64,000 bases of DNA from Haliotis cracherodii (lineage: Eukaryota). Each line of letters opens with the position of its first letter. The stretch's first letter is position 1. The stretch is taken from positions 28,272,001-28,336,000 of the forward strand of contig NW_027266343.1 in assembly GCF_022045235.1 (NCBI RefSeq), read 5' to 3'. The translations under genes and the position numbers were made by a program. The notes beneath the pieces were generated by a model that was given only the letters and a program-made list of their open reading frames with translations, had not been told where the DNA came from and ran no database searches. Of the stretch, positions 62,041 through 64,000 are shown piece after piece.

Positions 62041-62699
62041 TCAAATATTGCGTTGTGCCCTGGCACCAATTTTCATCCATTCACAAACATTCAAGATACA
62101 ATTGCAATCATACTCTCAATATCGGTCATCGACTTCTCAGAGTGAACTTTTCCTCCTGAAATTCACGCAGGTGCGAGTATTGAGCGAATGGCGATTGTTT
62201 GCTATCGTTTGAAGCAACCTTCGAGCCATACGGGATGTGCGTAGAGATTGGATGTGTCACCAGAAATTGTATTAATTCTAGATTCGAATACAAGTCTCCA
62301 AACTGTGCCCCGGCAAATGGATGCGTAGTTACATACACATGTCTGATCTGTACGTATCTTCGTTCAGTAAAACCAAATAACGCATTGCCCTCACAAATAA
62401 TAACACTGAAGCATCGGTCACTGAACGTTGGCAACACATGTACTATCGGGTTTGGAGACATCGCGAAAACAACCAATATCACGTTAGGGGCGGACCATTT
62501 GATTTCTAGCGGGCCCGTTTTAGTGGAAAAAACCACAGCTCATAATTTTGTGTAAATAAAAAACTCAGCCTCCATCTGCTTGAAAAAAATCAGGTCTCGA
62601 CAACAATATGGCCATCCTCATCAATACAGAATATTTTGTTAGCAAAGACATAATCGTTGACAGAGACACATGGCCATGAGAAGCAGTATGCCTGTAACT

Positions 62700-63040
62700 C
62701 TTATTTATTAATAATCATTTCAAATTGTTTGACCATTTGAAAGACGCGTCTTTTTCAGAAGGTTGTATGGATGGGAGGCGATGCGAGATAGATTTTCAAC
62801 AAATTTTTTATCTTACGGGGCCAAATCTACGAAATGACACTCGCCATGGATATGTATAGATGGTGGAATCTGTGTGACTGAATCCATTTTTGAAGGATCA
62901 GCATGGATGCCATCTTTGCTGAAGATATGCCCTAAGTGGATGAGATGCTTGGTCGCAAATTTACGTGTGAGTCCTGCTTCTTTGATCTTTTGGAATACTG
63001 CCTTGATGTGACTCAAATGTTTTGAAAACGTTGTCCATTA
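62700..63040 (-). pseudogene. Gypsy/Ty3 LTR-retrotransposon pol fragment (end of RT and connection region)
   Basis: SHIKAVFQKIKEAGLT..HLGHIFSKDGIHADPSK, then KFVENLSRIAS..YNLLKKDASFKW. Confidence 0.75.
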
Positions 63041-63044
63041 CCTT

Positions 63045-63927
63045 GTCCTGAAAAATGAAAATTGATGATAAGGAGATAAGCAAACAAAGCAAATGACAAT
63101 AAAACCGATCTCCCAAACGCATCGCGGCAACGGCCATGGTAACCCGATGCACGTGAGTTCCGTGCAAATTGAAATGCACATGCGTTCCCCAATTTCTTGC
63201 CCAATACATATCCACCCAGATCGGATACCATTCATTTCTTATTGAATTGCTACCACATGCCAAGATAGACAAGAAATCAGGGACATCAAGCCCTTGGATG
63301 ATTGCAAGCTGGACAAACCACCCTGCAAGTAGCCAATGCATTTCAAGTCCACGTAAGGACCATATACACGCTCCAGCAAGGGTACCAGACCACAAACACA
63401 ACAGATGACTGACCACGCAGGGGAAGGCCAAGGTTCACCACCCGACGTCAGGATTGTCAGATTGTGCGACAGCATCTTCAAGATCACTTTGTTACTGCTG
63501 CGGAAACTGCTCGTCAGACCATGGGGACACACCAGCGACACATTAGTACGGACACCGTGCGTCGACGATCAACGAGCAGACACCTCCACTGTCACAGACC
63601 ACACCGAAGACCAATTGTGACACCACGTCATCGCTGGGACCGTCTTCAGTGGGAAACACAGCACAAACATTGGCGCAACCAACAGTGGAGAAGAGTCCTC
63701 TTCTCAGATGAGGCGGACACATGAGTTTCTGACTTGTGATGCCATTTTCTCGGAGACTAGTGTTGTGTTTCACTTTAAGAACATTTAATACTTTAATTTC
63801 AAACTTGATGATCAGTTTTTCCAAGTTTCATCTTATAAATATGTCTCAGAGTATGTTTACAGTGTTTGAACAAATAAGGTTTCTCATATATCTATCCATG
63901 GTGTCGTTTCCTTTGTGGTTCAGTATA
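63045..63927 (+). mobile_element. Tc1-type transposon remnant, internally deleted
   Basis: Transposase from 63257: MPR*T...QAGQT..VANAFQVH...RGRPR...ISTDTVRRR...WRRVLFSDE, then a jump to the C-terminus. The right end gtcgtttcctttgtggttcagta|TA is TIR-like. Confidence 0.85.
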
Positions 63928-64000
63928 TATTCGTATATAACGCCAATTCTTTTGTTTATTGCCTCTGAAATGGTTTGCAGAAATGCCATAGGAGCATTTT

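Noticed and set aside
62126-62555. Overlapping 136-aa and 118-aa ORFs next to the Gypsy fragment
   Set aside because: No recognisable RNase H, integrase or other motif; cannot be supported as a gene.

Overview
AT-rich animal genomic DNA, most likely molluscan. From recall, the SINE families resemble those of abalone-type gastropods; this is not verified by search. I find no convincing intact host gene, rRNA, true tRNA or CRISPR array. The long ORFs in the track are transposase or RT remnants, or by-products of tandem and low-complexity repeats. The window is a layered transposon graveyard, either intergenic or a large intron. It contains four SINE families sharing one LINE-type 3' tail, a complete Tc1 element with TIRs (21893-23372), mariner and Tc1 remnants, two tandem R4/Dong-clade non-LTR retrotransposons joined at a (TAA)n tract with nested insertions, RTEX-, L2- and Gypsy-like fragments, hairpin-ended Crypton-like non-autonomous elements, MITEs and several minisatellites. 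The most notable patterns are: (1) the commonest SINE has no tRNA head but a compact pseudoknotted, ribozyme-like 5' RNA fold; (2) SINE copies recur as head-to-head inverted pairs, twice with nearly the same fold-back junction; (3) the two tandem Dong copies are mutually complementary; (4) a minisatellite is arising from a SINE core.
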